From the NCBI GenBank assembly GCA_002104905.1, contig MCFE01000349.1:25113-89112 (forward strand): 64,000 bases of DNA, given 5' to 3'. A model generated the notes under the pieces. That model ran no database searches and was not told where the DNA came from. It was given only the letters and a program-made list of their open reading frames with translations. This stretch comes from Basidiobolus meristosporus CBS 931.73 (lineage: Eukaryota; Fungi; Basidiobolomycota). Within the stretch, counting starts at the first letter, position 1, and the number at the start of each line of letters is the position of its first letter. Shown here piece by piece: positions 1-12,486 of this stretch. The translations under genes and the position numbers were made by a program.

Positions 1-1007
1 TGTATATAATGCTTGGAACATGTCCAGATATCTCATATTCAGTGGGAGTTGTCAGCCAACAAAATCAGAACTATAGATCTGATCATATTGCAGCAGTTAA
101 GCGGATTTTCAGATACCTAAAAGGAACTGCTGATATTTGCTAAAGATACACTTATAAGGACTCAGAACAAGATCTTGTGGGATACTCTGATGCAGATTGG
201 GGACGAAATTTAGAAGACAGAAGATCCACAACAGGATACACCTTTCTTTACTGTAAAGGAGCAATTTCATGGAATTCAAGAAAGCAACCAACCGTAGCAC
301 TTTCCACCACAGAGGCAGAGTATATGGCAGCCTGTGAAGCTACAAAAGAAGCAATGTGGTTAAGAAAGCTGTTTACAGATTTAGGCCTATGTCAAAAAAC
401 GCCTATTACTTTATTTCAAGATAATCAAGGATGTATACAATTAGGTAGAAATCCAACTTTTCATGCTAGAACCAAGCACATAGATATTAGGCATCATTTC
501 ATATGTGAAGCTATAGAGAATAACTTAGTTAGCTTAGTTTACTGTCCTACAGATGAAATGATTGCAGACATATTTACCAAACCATTAGCTAGAGACAAGT
601 TTAAATTTCTTAGATCAAAATTAGGACTAGTCAGTATGAGCATTTAGCTAAGTGGGAATATTGTAAAAATTTGTATTTCCACCTAAATATTCACCTAACT
701 TAGTCACTTAGATCATTACCTTCAAATCCTAGAGAATACTGACCAAATTCCTTGTTGGGATTTACTTAGAATATTTTCACCAAAATACCTGATACCCAGA
801 ACATGAAAATTCTCAAAGTTGTCCAAACAGCCCCAAACTTTGCACACATGTTCTTGGGACCTTCCTTAACCTATTCTACGTGCTTGTTATGCCAAGACCA
901 TGTAAAAGTATAAATACTACTTTTACAATCAATAAATCATTAAGTGAAAACCACATAATCTACTTGTTCTCCAAATCACTTCCAATATCTCCAAGACTCT
1001 TACAACA
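1..1007 (+). mobile_element. Ty1/Copia retrotransposon A, 3' part (end of RT, RNase H, PPT, 3' LTR)
   Basis: ORF 177-647 has Copia RNase H motifs ([38 protein letters not shown]). Purine tract AAGTGGGAA at 650-658 is followed by a 349-bp LTR at 659-1007 (TATTGTAAAAA...TCTTACAACA). Confidence 0.95.
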
Positions 1008-1013
1008 CATTAA

Positions 1014-1363
1014 TGTTGTAAAAATTTGTATTTCCACCTAAATATTCACCTAACTTAGTCACTTAGATCATCACCTTCAATTCATAGAGAATACTGACCA
1101 AAACTCCTTGTTGGGATTTACTTAGAATATTCTCACCAAAACACCAGGTACCCAGAACATCAAAATTCTCAAAGTTGTCCAAAAAGCCCCAAACTTTGCA
1201 CACATGGTCTTGGGACCTTCCTCAATCTATTCTACGTGTTTGTTGTGCCAAGACCAGGTAAAAATATAAATGCTACTTTTACATTCAATAAATCATCAAG
1301 TGAAAAACTCACAATCTACTTGTCCTCCCAATCACTTCCAATATCTCCAAGACTCTTACAACA
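1014..1363 (+). mobile_element. Solo Copia LTR with 5-bp TSD ATTAA
   Basis: TGTTG...CAACA termini, 350 bp, same family as 659-1007. ATTAA at 1009-1013 and 1364-1368. Confidence 0.93.
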
Positions 1364-1368
1364 ATTAA

Positions 1369-1658
1369 TTCCAAGCTGCTGGTATTATAACGGTCTCCTG
1401 ACAGCTGATGCAGATTGCATCCACTTGTGGGACCAAGTTATTTTCATAGGGTATAGGATTTGGAATAGTAATAAACTGTGGCACTTTCACCAGAGAGGCA
1501 GAGTATATAGCAGCCTGTAAGGCTGAAAATGAAGCAATGTGATGAAGAAAGCTTTTTAAGACTTGGGATTATCTCATAAAGCCCATACTCTGTTATTTCA
1601 AGATAAACAAGGATGGGCACACTTGGATTAAAATTTGATTTTTAATGATAGAACTAAG
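1369..1658 (+). pseudogene. Degenerate RNase H fragment of older Copia copy B (continues at 6337)
   Basis: Decayed DAD and VALS..EAEY.AAC-like codons. The sequence stops at GATAGAACTAAG (RTK) and resumes at 6337 with CTAAGCACATATAC (KHI). Confidence 0.8.
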
Positions 1659-4600
1659 TGATGTAAGAGCTTGGAGATATTGGAAGCAATTGGGAGGACA
1701 AGTAGATTATCTGGTTTTCACTTGATGAATTATTGAATGCAAATGTAGTATTTATACTTTTACATGGCCTTGGCATTAGAAATGCATAGAATAGGGTAAG
1801 GAAGGTCCCAAGAACATGTGTGCAAAGTTTGGGGCTGTTTGGACAAATTTGAGAGTTTTCATGTTCTAGGTACCTGGTATTTTGGTGAAAATATTTTAAG
1901 TAAATCCCAACAAGGAATTTGGTCAGTATTCTCTAGGATTTGAAGGTAATGATCTAAGTGACTAAGTTAGGTGAATATTTAGGTGGAAATACAAATTTTT
2001 ACAATATTCCCACTTAACTAAATGCTCATACTGACTAGTCCTAATTTTGATCTAAGAAATTTAAACTTGTCTCCAGCTAATGGTTTGGTAAGTATGTCTG
2101 CAATCATTGCATCTGAAGGACAGTAAACTAAGCTGACTAAGTTATTCTCTATAGCTTTACATATGAAATGATTTCTAATATCTATGTGCTTAGTTCAAGC
2201 ATAAAAAGTTGGATTTCTACCTAATTGTATACATCCTTGATTATCCTGAAATAAAGTACAGGTGTTATTTGACATAGGCCTAAATCTGTAAACAGCCTTC
2301 TTAACCACATTGCTTCTTTTGTAGCCTCACAGGCTGCCATATACTCTGCCTCTGTGGTAGAAAGTGCTATGGTTGGTTGCTCTCTTGAATTCCATGAAAT
2401 TGCTCCTTGACAGTCATGAAAAGTTGAACCTGTGGTGGATCTTCTGTCTTCCAAATTTCATCCCCAATCAGAATCAGAGTATCCCAAAAGATCCTGTTCT
2501 GAATCCTTATCAGTGTATCTTAAGCAGATATCAGCAGTTCCTTTTAGGTATCTAAAAATTGCTTAACTGCTGCCGTATGATCAAATCTATAGCTCTGATT
2601 TTGTTGGCTGACAACTCCCACTGAATATGAGATATCTGGACGTGTTCCAAGCCTGATACACATTAGACTGCCAAACATATATTTATAAGGAAAGTCAGGG
2701 CTTTCAGATGGCACCAAGCTCTCTTGATTTGGTTGAGTTTTGACCAAGTTAAGATTTGTCTCCATTGAGGTAGATGCTGGTTCATAGTCTTCCAATTTGT
2801 ACTTCTTTAGTATATCTTGAATATACTTGGATTGGCTTAGGGTAATAGTCTGGGTACTTCTGTCTATAGAGAACTTAATCCATAAGTAGTAACTGAGTTC
2901 TCCTATATTGGACATCTGAACTTCTTACATAGGCTGGATTTAGTCTCTTCCAATGTTTCTACGTTATTGGTGGCTATAGTAAGATCATCCACATATAGAG
3001 CTAATAGAACTGGACTTGCTCTATCTGGCTTATAGTATATACTATAGTCAGCATTACTCCTTTTGAGACTCAAAGATTCCAAATAAGAATCTATCTTGCA
3101 ATCCCAGGCTCTTGGTGATTGTTTAAGACCATATAGTGACTTTTTAAACTTGCAGACCAAATGGGGGCTATCTTGGTCAGCAAACCCATCAGGCTGGTCC
3201 ATATATATGTCCTCACCAAGTTCTTCATTCAAGAATGCAGCTTTTACATCCAGTTGATGATTAAAGAACTTATATTTGGCTGCAATAGTCAATATTAATC
3301 TGACAGATTAAACTTGGCTACTGGTGCAAAGGTCTCAGTATAGTCAAGTCCTTTTGTTTGAGGGTATTCTTTGGCCACAAGTATTGCTTGGTATCTTTCA
3401 ATTGTACCATCAGCCTTGTATTTTATCTTGAAGACCCATCTGCATCCAATTGGTTTTTTGTTGATTGGTAATTTCACTAAGTCCCAAGTTCAATTTTCCA
3501 TCAGGGCCTGATATTCATCAGTCATTGCAGATCTCCAAAACTTTGTCTGAGGGCTATTTAAGGCCTCTTTTACAGTCCGTGGTTCATTGATATGGACTGA
3601 ATAGGCATAGGCTAAGTTTTTACCCTCATTGATATAGTAATTGGGGCTATTTCTTGTCTGGTTGGATCTCTAGGCATTTGATACTGGAATGATCACTCCT
3701 GGGATATTCCTGGGCACTGATTTGGGCTGAACCATGGTTTTAGAGTCTTCTGGAGTGAAAAAGTTCTCATTGTTTTGCTCTGATTCAATTCTGACAATTG
3801 GTGGACTTGAGATCAGATTCTCATCATCATCTGTTGTCATTTTTTGTGAAAATCTGGAATCTTCATCAAAGAACACAGCCCTGGACTTGATTAGCTTCTT
3901 TGCTTTGGTATTACAGATTCTGTATGCTTTACTCTCATTGCAGTAACCAAAAAATATGCATTTTACACTCTTTGGCTCAAGTTTTGGCTGATTTCCAGGC
4001 AGTTTCTTGGCATATGCTGTATACCCAAGTATTCTTAGATGTTCTGCACTTGGTCTGTACCCATACCATGCTTCAAATGGAGTGGAATCATGAAGTATTC
4101 TGTTATAACTCCTATTTTTGAGGTATACAGCAGTGGCAACTGATTCTACCCAAAAATCATAAGATAATTTTCAATCATGGATCATAGATCTTATCATATC
4201 AGTTATTGATCTGTTAGCATGTTCTGCTACTTCATTTTGCTGTGAGGAGTATGGTACAATAGTCTCTTGCTTTATCCCATGAATTTTGCAGAAGTGGATG
4301 AAGAGTGTTGAGTTTTATTCTCCACCATTGTCAGAGCGTATTTGCTTGATTTTCTCACCAGTTTCTCTCTCCACCATGGCTCTGAACTCCCTGAACTTAG
4401 ACAGAGCTTCTTCCTTTCTCTCCATGAATTAACCTACGTGTTTCTTGTATAATCATCAATAAAAGTGACTAAACACTTTATCCTGCCTAAGGATAAATTT
4501 TGCATAGGTCCACACAGATCTGAGTGAATTAGATCTAATTTTTTTGTAGTTTTGATTAACCCAGAGCTCTTGAACAACTGTCTGGCTTATTTCCCATTTA

Positions 4601-6336
4601 TGCAGGCTTCACAGTGCTCCAAATTATCTGGAGGTCAGCTTTTACTCCAGAAATTAGAGGATATTTGATCATTTTCTGCAAAAAATCAAAATTGATGTGT
4701 CCAAATCTTCAGTGCCAAAGCATTGGTGTTTTGTCATTCAAGTTACTCATATTGGCTTCCAAATATGATAGAATATAAGTCAGCTTGTATAGATACTGAT
4801 CTCTGATACCAGAAGCAATATGGGCGCCATTTTGATCAGTGATCCTGCATCCAGAATTGTCAAAGTTGAAATTGAGTCCTTCTCCAGTGGCCTTGCTTAC
4901 AGATAGTAGATTCTTGGCTATTTCTGGTACATAGAGTACTTCTTTAAAAGTCAGTGTATGGCTTCCTTCAATGCTTCCAAGGTTTACTTGGATAGCCCCT
5001 TCTCCCACTGCATCAAGTGTTCTGTTGTCACCAATGAAAACCTTCTTAATTGGAATTTCTTGATATTGGGTAAAATGTACTTTTTAGTGTGTAAAGTGTT
5101 GAGATGCTCCAGAGTCAGTATACCACATCTGAGAATCCTTGCTTGTGGTTATATTTAGTGCTGATATGAATAGTCCATCTTCAGTTGTTGCAGCATTTCC
5201 ATATTCAGGCTTCTTTTGCTGATTATCTTTCTTTTTGAGACACCGGTCTGATGTGTGTCCTTTCCTTTTGCAGTAGTTGCAAAACAGGTTGCTGTTGCCT
5301 TTGTAGGGTCTTGGGTACCTCCTTTGTTGGTTATCATTGCTTATTAAAGCATTTTCTTCTTCCTTCTTATTGGCACTTGATTTTCTTAATTCTTCATCCA
5401 GGAGCCTTCCATATATGTAAATTAAGGTCAAATCTGCAGTTCTGGACTCTAGGGCAGATACAAGGCCCTGAAACTTGTCTGTCAGGCTATTTAGGATGGT
5501 AACTATCACATCCTCATCAGTAGTTGGTACACCCTCAGATTCCATTTCATCCACCAGCAGGTTAGTTCTGTTAATTAGATTTTTCATTTCTTCTCCTGGC
5601 TGCTTCTTTGTAGTAAAGAATTTTTGTCACAGATACATTTTCTTAGTAGCTGAACATGACAGGTAGGTGTCTTCTAATGCCTTCCAGGCATTCTTTGCTG
5701 TTTTTGCTCTTGAGCATTGAATTGGCAGTTTGTGTTTAACATCAAGGCAAATGCAGTTAAAGACACTTTGTTCTTTTTTCTGGTACTTTGAGGCTTCCTC
5801 TCCCACAGTTTTAGGAGGGCATTTTTTTCCCATGACAATATCCCAAAGGCCTCTTTCTTGTAGCACCATCTTCATCTTTACCTTTCACACTTGGTAGTTA
5901 GATCCATCCAACTTTTCAGCAGAGAGAAAAATTTCAGTAATAGGAGTAGTAGACATTGTAGAGAGTGACAGCATGGGGCTCATAACCTGTTGTAAGAGTC
6001 TTGGGGATATTGGAAGTCATTGGGAGGACAAGTAGATTATGTGGCTTTTACTTAATGATTTATTGAATGTAAAAGTAGCATTTATACTTTTACATGGCCT
6101 TGGCATTGCAAAAGCATAGAGTAGATTAAGAAAGGTCCAAAGAACATGTGTGCAAAGTTTGGGGCTGTTTGGACAACTTTGAGAATTTTCATGTTCTGGG
6201 TACCTGGTATTTTGGTCAAAATATTCTAAATAAATCCCAACAAGGAATTTGGTCAGTATTCTCTAGGATTTGAAGGTAATGATCTAAGTGACTAAGCTAT
6301 ATGAATATTTAGGTAAAAAAACAAATTTTTACAACA
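1659..6336 (-). mobile_element. Full-length but decayed Ty1/Copia element C (4678 bp) nested in copy B, TSD CTAAG
   Basis: LTRs at 1659-2006 and 5988-6336, with CTAAG at 1654-1658 and 6337-6341. gag starts near 5956 (EKLDGSNY..KMKMVL..LWDIV). Zinc knuckle CNYCKRKGHTSDRC and protease DSGAS lie in ORF 5084-5587. Integrase, RT (QLDVKAAFLN, KSLYGLKQSPRAW, YVDD) and RNase H follow in Copia order, broken by many stops and frameshifts. Confidence 0.96.
5976..5987 (-). promoter_or_regulatory. Primer-binding site GGTTATGAGCCC (internal tRNA-iMet half-molecule type)
   Basis: Directly abuts the 5' LTR on the minus strand. It matches the PBS type of Ty5/Drosophila copia, which pairs with the tRNA-iMet anticodon arm rather than its 3' CCA end. 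Confidence 0.8.
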
Positions 6337-7222
6337 CTAAGCACATATACATTGAACATCATTTCATATGGGAAGCTGTAGAGAATAACCTGGTTAGCTT
6401 GGCTCACAGTCCTATAGATGAAATGATTGCAGCCTTATTTAGCAAACCATTAGCTAGAGACAAGCTTGAGTATCTCAGAACACAGTTAGGAGTAGTCAAA
6501 ATGAGTATTTAGTCAGGTGGGGGTGTTGTAAATTTTGTTATTCCACCTAGATATTCACCTAACTTGGTCACTTAGATCCTAGTCTACAAATATTAGGGAA
6601 TTCTGGCCAAATTACTTATCAGGGTCTACTTAGAATGATCCCATCAAAATATCATGTACCCAGAGCATGAGAAACTGATTAGTTGCCCAAACAAGCCTAC
6701 ATTGTGCACACCTGCTTTGGAGACCTTTATAAATTTATTGAGCATATTTGCTTTGACCAGATCATGTAAAAGTGTAAGTACTACTTTTACACTCTATATT
6801 GCTGTAAATTCTGTAATCACACCTAAGTACTCACCTAACTTAGTTGCTTAGAGCAGTACCTACAAATCTTAGAGATTCCTGACCAAACTCCCTACAGGGA
6901 TTTACTTGTAATATTTTCACCAAATATCAGATACCCAGAATATGAAATTTCTCAAAGTTGTCCAAATAGCCCCAAACTTTGCACACATGTTTTTGGGATC
7001 TTTCAAACATATCCTACATGTTTATTTTGCCAAGACCATTTGAAATTATAAATACTACTTTTGCATTCAATATATCATTAAGTGAAAACCAAATAGTTGA
7101 CATGTTCTCCCAATTGCTTCCAGTATCTCTAAAACCCTCAAAACAACTATATCATCAAGTGAAAACCACATAATCTATTTGTTCTCCCAGTCACTTCCAA
7201 TATCTCCAAAACTCTCACAACA
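6337..7222 (+). mobile_element. 3' end of older Copia B: RNase H end, PPT and 3' LTR (6524-7222) interrupted by a solo LTR
   Basis: KHIYIEHHF...MIAALFSKPL up to 6512, G-rich PPT about 6515-6523, LTR start TGTTG at 6524, LTR end CACAACA at 7222. Confidence 0.85.
6800..7147 (+). mobile_element. Diverged solo LTR inserted inside the LTR of copy B, TSD TATAT
   Basis: LTR-like sequence TGCTGTAAA...CAAAACAAC flanked by TATAT at 6795-6799 and 7148-7152. Removing it restores the host LTR. Confidence 0.8.
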
Positions 7223-8410
7223 AATGCTGGCCATGCTCTTTGAAACACTTTCCATGCTGTATGCTTGGACCAGGAATCTCCCACAGTACACTCTTTGTAT
7301 TTCTCTTTATACAGTACATGCCAAAGTGTAAATTCCGCCAATGCATTTGACAAATCACAAGATGAGCAACCACGCAGTCCACTGGTACTTTCAATCACTT
7401 TTAATCTCACCAAAAACTGGGACAACACTTAAGGTACAGTCTTACATGAGTGTTGAACTCCAATGCATTTTGATGGGTGGGGTGTGAATATAGCCTGACA
7501 GTGTTCGACTATCTCCTGGATGGTATTTTCCCACTTGAATCATGGGGATCTCAACTGATCTTTGACAGGGTCACCTGCAGAGTCCAGAGAGGGAATAATC
7601 TACCCCTCCACCCAATAGATACGATGTACAGTGTAAGCGCATTGCTACTCAGAGAAGCTGTATATTGGGAGCGGTAACCTGCCGATGGGAAATAAAGCCT
7701 CAATGGAGTCAGAAAAGTGAATAGTAGCTCTATTAACATATTGGATACTACAGCACCGAGTGTTGGCAGAGGGATGGGGGGAGGTAGGAATAGCGGGCGA
7801 AAAAGAAGGCGATCCAGGTAGGAGGGATTTCATTGGGTATGCAGTAGGATCGTTCAGAGATGGAAGCAATGGCTGGGTCCATTCCCACATCTCGGACGAA
7901 GCAATGAATGATCGCCGTCTCTTTATCCGGACGATATGGGTTGGGAACAATCGATCCTTACCAAATGGATGTTCACTAGTCTTCAAGGGATGCATGTCGT
8001 CTTGAACATATCCAGGGCCATGGGATCCCAATATGGTGGATGCGACGCTTGTCTGGGATGTAAATCACACCACCACACATCTCGGTCCAATCAATCTTGC
8101 GACATCAAATGGCAGATTCCGATTACCCATTTGATGGGTCGTGAACGGTGTCGGGATACCACAATAGTTGGCAAGCGGCTTCATTGCGAAGGGGCCTAGG
8201 TTGCGGAGGGGCGGTTCAATCAATGCCTACTCACTGAAGGGTGGGAACACAGATTCATGTAGCGTTAACTGGGGCAGACTCAACGGACAACGCATGGGTG
8301 ATTTGTTTGTTGCCACTGTGGAAGAATCCAAGGAACATGGGAATCGGAATTGGAATCATCACATGCTGGAGCGGACGGGTGCCAATCTCGATTGGTGTGT
8401 AACTCTTATG

Positions 8411-10198
8411 TCAGAGAGAATCAACCTTGGGCTTGAGTAGCCTGTGTAGGTCAGGGAGGGATTCACGGAGGTAATTGGCCACTTTCTGGACCCCATCCTG
8501 ATCCCCATCTCGTTTCAAAAAACTCAACAATGTGGAAACCAACTTGAGATCAGGTCGAATACCGGCCACTTCCATCTCCAAAAGCTGCTCCACCGCCCTC
8601 GATGACTCACCGTTCCTCGCCAGCGCCTCGATGTAGGAGGTGTAATTGTTGCAATTCAAAGGGAACCGTTGTTGCTTGAGCCGATTCCATATCACTTGTG
8701 CGCGATACAAAGCGTCATGCCTGCCGCAAGAATCAAGCAGGATGGAGATGGTTGCATTGTTCGGGGTCAAGCGGCCAGCCTGAATCGAGTCGTATAGCTG
8801 TAGCACTTTGCTGATATCCCCAATCCAATTGTATGCATTCATCAGTGTGTTGTACAGCGCTATATCAGGCTCGATATTGGGGTTCATCCGGATGGCCTCA
8901 TACATCCTATTGACACCCGGGCCATTTCGCGACTGCCCGTAGCCAGCAATCATCACTGAATACGTGTATTCGTTGACGTTTACTCCTCGTCTGTTCATTT
9001 CATCGAACAGCCAACCAGCAGTCTGCATATCTCGGTTCTTGGTGCAAGCGGCCAACATACGCGTATACGTCTCGGTGGCGATCTTATACGAAGGGTTGTA
9101 TGAATACATGTGGGAATACACTCCAATGGCCGACTCGACATCCGCTAGTCTCAGAAACCCGTCAATTAACGCTTGGTAGATCCGCGGCGTCGACTGGAGA
9201 CCACATTTTCTCATGACATGGAAGTAATGCGACGCCTCGGCCATCTGGTTTAATCTACAGTGTTCTAATATCATTGTACTGAGAGTTGGCAATGTGGGTC
9301 GCCGGTGACGCACGAGGCTTTCAAACGTGGAATGCGCCAGGTCGGTATGTCCGAGCTGAAAGCTTGATTGGATGATGCGATGATACAAGTGCTCCTCTGC
9401 AGAGAAGCCGTTGGCCTCCATTTCTTTATACCACGATATGGCTCGGTCGAAATCCTCGGCGAGATACTTGGAAACCAGCACCTGGTATGTTATGGCGTTG
9501 TATTTTATACCCAACCTCTCAAATTCCTGCATGATATTGACCATGTGCGTTAGTTCGGACTTGCGTAAAAGTAGATTAAGGGAATCTACATCAGGGGAGA
9601 CGCCACGTTGGGACATCTCTTGATGTATCTGCAGTGCTATTGCGCCATCCCCGCTGGACTTTAATGCTGACAGTGTTGCATTATAGCCACCAACGGTAAT
9701 AGGTAGATTGAGGCTTTGAACGAATCGGTAGATTTCTAGTGTCGTGTCTCGATGCTGCAAGGTACTGCACTTTCCCAACAGTGTCAACAGGTCCGAGTGT
9801 AAAGACTCGGAAGCAATAAACTCGGGGTTCTTCTTGATCTTACGAAAGGCTTGAATAGCAATTTCAAGCTGGCCCTTGTTCAAAGCACTTTTTAGGGTGC
9901 GTTCAACCAACGCTCCCTCTATGCTAGGTCTGGAATGAAGGGCCCTTCCGAGGATTTTGTGGCATGGGTAGTCCATGGGGCTGTACCCGAGGTCCCTTTG
10001 TACAGAGATCCATCCACTGCGAATCAAAACCTTAGATAGGTTTATTCGTGGGTAAGGAAGTTGGTTAGTGAATAGGGTGGGTAGAAGTCTACGGGCGGTT
10101 GAGAATGGGAACGTCTTCAGAGTTCCACCTTTAATAACGAGATCATGGTTAGCACACCCAGACACAGAGGAGAACGGTTGCGAAGTGAAATACTCTGT
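8411..10198 (-). CDS. Pentatricopeptide-repeat (PPR) protein, probably mitochondrial; true start upstream or unresolved
   Basis: Open frame of about 595 codons with many 35-aa PPR units (e.g. TYTRMLAACTKNRDMQTAGWLFDEMNRRGVNVNEY, LYNTLMNAYNWIGDISKVLQLYDSIQAGRLTPN). No in-frame ATG near the 5' end, so a 5' exon is likely. Confidence 0.9.
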   Translation of the reverse strand, partial: TEYFTSQPFSSVSGCANHDLVIKGGTLKTFPFSTARRLLPTLFTNQLPYPRINLSKVLIRSGWISVQRDLGYSPMDYPCHKILGRALHSRPSIEGALVERTLKSALNKGQLEIAIQAFRKIKKNPEFIASESLHSDLLTLLGKCSTLQHRDTTLEIYRFVQSLNLPITVGGYNATLSALKSSGDGAIALQIHQEMSQRGVSPDVDSLNLLLRKSELTHMVNIMQEFERLGIKYNAITYQVLVSKYLAEDFDRAISWYKEMEANGFSAEEHLYHRIIQSSFQLGHTDLAHSTFESLVRHRRPTLPTLSTMILEHCRLNQMAEASHYFHVMRKCGLQSTPRIYQALIDGFLRLADVESAIGVYSHMYSYNPSYKIATETYTRMLAACTKNRDMQTAGWLFDEMNRRGVNVNEYTYSVMIAGYGQSRNGPGVNRMYEAIRMNPNIEPDIALYNTLMNAYNWIGDISKVLQLYDSIQAGRLTPNNATISILLDSCGRHDALYRAQVIWNRLKQQRFPLNCNNYTSYIEALARNGESSRAVEQLLEMEVAGIRPDLKLVSTLLSFLKRDGDQDGVQKVANYLRESLPDLHRLLKPKVDSL

Positions 10199-10905
10199 CT
10201 AGCTTGAATAGGGAGCATCGGCTATGACGCCTACTTCGCCTCACGACCAACAGAAACAACGAGCCACTGGTAGATCTGGAGAAGCAAAAGATTTTATTGA
10301 CCCCGCATGCGATTGGGCCAACGGTGTTCCTTGGAAAACACATAACACAAGGCGGCCAATGTTTCACCGGCCATCATTGGTTATTAACTAGCAGTTAATA
10401 ATTTCTTGGCAGAAATTATGATTTTAACCATATTTTAGCGCCAACCCAATGAACTCCGGGAACACCCATGATTTGCCTTCCCAGAAGATCAAATGGGATC
10501 GATGGGTTGACATTCAGTGGTATTGAACAATGCAGCATAAGCAGCATTGTTATCATTAGGAGCGAGCAATCGATTGGCCGAGGAGGCCACTCCAAAGCCA
10601 TCCCGTTAATAAATGAATAGGGGGCTACTCTAATCCGGTAGTGAAGCCAAAACATTCTCCGCGCTAATGTGAACGCATCTCAGCTCAGGCTAGATAAGCA
10701 TCGCAGGTGGATCACCCCTTTGGGTAGCCGTTTTCATGGGTTTCACACGGTCACATTCCACCCTCTCCATCCCTATAAAATAGACGGGCCTCGATAATTT
10801 CGAAACCCTGACATCACTTGATTTCTTTGATTCTCTGCTATCTGCCCATCCCACCCTCGATTTCCTTGTTTTCTTTGACTGTAAATATTTGAATTGTTCC
10901 AGCGC

Positions 10906-11849
10906 ATGGGCGATCCACGCGGGATTAGCTTCTTTGGCATCTACGAAGCAACTCGAAGCAATCAGATCATTTACCTGTCGGAAAGTGTGAGTGACGCGTT
11001 GGGATTTGAGCCCGATGAGCTGGTGGGCAAATCCACCTTCGACTATTATCACCCCGATGATCTGACATGCGCATTGAATGTGTTTGACGACTGCATCCGC
11101 AACCAGCGATTGGGCGCCATCATCCATGTACGCGTTCGAGGGAAGTTTGGCTGGGTTGAGATTGAGGTGGTCTGGAGTTTTTGTCACAATATAATCTTTC
11201 ATACGAATCGCCTGATACGAGGCCCCGACCGCTTTGAAGAGAGCAGAATGGGTAACTTGTCCACCGCCACAAGCTTAGCCGGTCACGCTAACCCCCTCTT
11301 GCTTCCCGCCAGGCTCTCCCATGATAGCGGCACAGCCGGGCTCTTCCGAATCGCAGGTAAGTCTCGCAGCAAACGTTCAGGATGCGCGTAGTAGCTGACC
11401 GTTGCCTCCAGAGCACTCAGGCGCAGATGAACCCACCTCTGGAGCTGGCGCATCCTGCCGCGGCGGTCTCCGAGCGCTTGAATTCCTCCACCGCGGAGCC
11501 ACGCGTTGGCTTGGTGCTGAATCGGTTCTCGTACTATTGCTATATCCAATACTGCAGCGAGCTTGTAGGTTACATGTTTGGCATCAGTCAAAAGGAGATC
11601 CTGGGGAATTCGTTTCTGAGCTACATTCACCCGAGTGACCTCGAGAGGGTGGAGGAGCAACTGACCTGCATCAAGTCTCAGAACATCTTCCTACCGATCG
11701 CGTTCACCCTGGTCTCCCCCTATGGGGACATGCCAGTTCAGGGGGTGTTCAGCGCTACCATGGACGGGATCGTTGCCGTCATTCGCCAGGCCACTTCTCA
11801 GTTCCCCTTGGATTGTACTGTACATTATTTCGCAAGCGCCAACCGATAG
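10906..11849 (+). CDS. Tandem PAS-domain protein (about 275 aa, 3 exons)
   Basis: PAS-A: IYLSESVSDALGFEPDELVGKSTFDYYHPDD. PAS-B: EPRVGLVLNR...LGNSFLSYIHPSDL. Introns 11252-11312 (branch GCTAAC) and 11357-11411 (branch GCTGAC) around a 44-nt exon join the two frames correctly. Confidence 0.88.
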
Positions 11850-12466
11850 TCATAGAACACATAACAGAGCAGAAGCAGAAGCAGAAGTAGACGATCATAG
11901 ATTCATCATAACGGCATAGAGCCACTTTATTGGAATTCTATTGATGCATAACGACGGAGCGGCATTCTCGAACTGTACATTCCTCGTAATATTGTTGTAT
12001 GGTCCATGATAGATATCCCCTAGATTAATCGTGTACAGCATTACACTTATTAGTGAAAGCGAAGGAGACAGCCTTCCCTTCTTCTCTTTTGAAATGTAAA
12101 TAAATTCCCTGCCTCAGTCCATACATCTATCACATCGGTCAGCTGCACGCTTATCTCTCGAGGGGCAAGCCATCCCCGTACACAGACGCAGCGAGGGGAA
12201 ATTCTAGACGGGACGCCTCCAGAAGAGAAAATTCGATTTGCAGATGAATTTCCTTTTCACTCATCGTAGCCCCTGCTATGATGTCCCAGCGGTAAGGAAT
12301 TAGGCGAGGGAATGACGGGGCCATCTGTCCCAGAAATTCTCATACAATCAGCGGAGCATCCGATATCCAGCCAACTCCCAATGAAAATCATGTGAAACCA
12401 GGAACCAGCCCAAATAGGAATCCAGTAGAAGCTAATGTGAAAGGATTAGTAACTGTCCCAGCAGGG

Positions 12467-12486
12467 CTAGGGTTAGGGTTAGGGTT
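12467..12486. repeat. Short interstitial telomere-like tract CTAGGG(TTAGGG)2TT
   Basis: Read directly from the sequence, in an apparently non-coding region. Confidence 0.85.

Noticed and set aside
659-1520. Short ORFs within LTR copies (e.g. 1236-1520, 6288, 57329-57631, 59071-59295)
   Set aside because: They start on GTG or TTG, or are broken differently in each LTR copy; no conserved reading frame.
7223-8400. Possible small minus-strand gene between the Copia nest and the PPR gene
   Set aside because: Some splice-like signals and a 128-codon frame are present, but I could not build a consistent model or find a motif.
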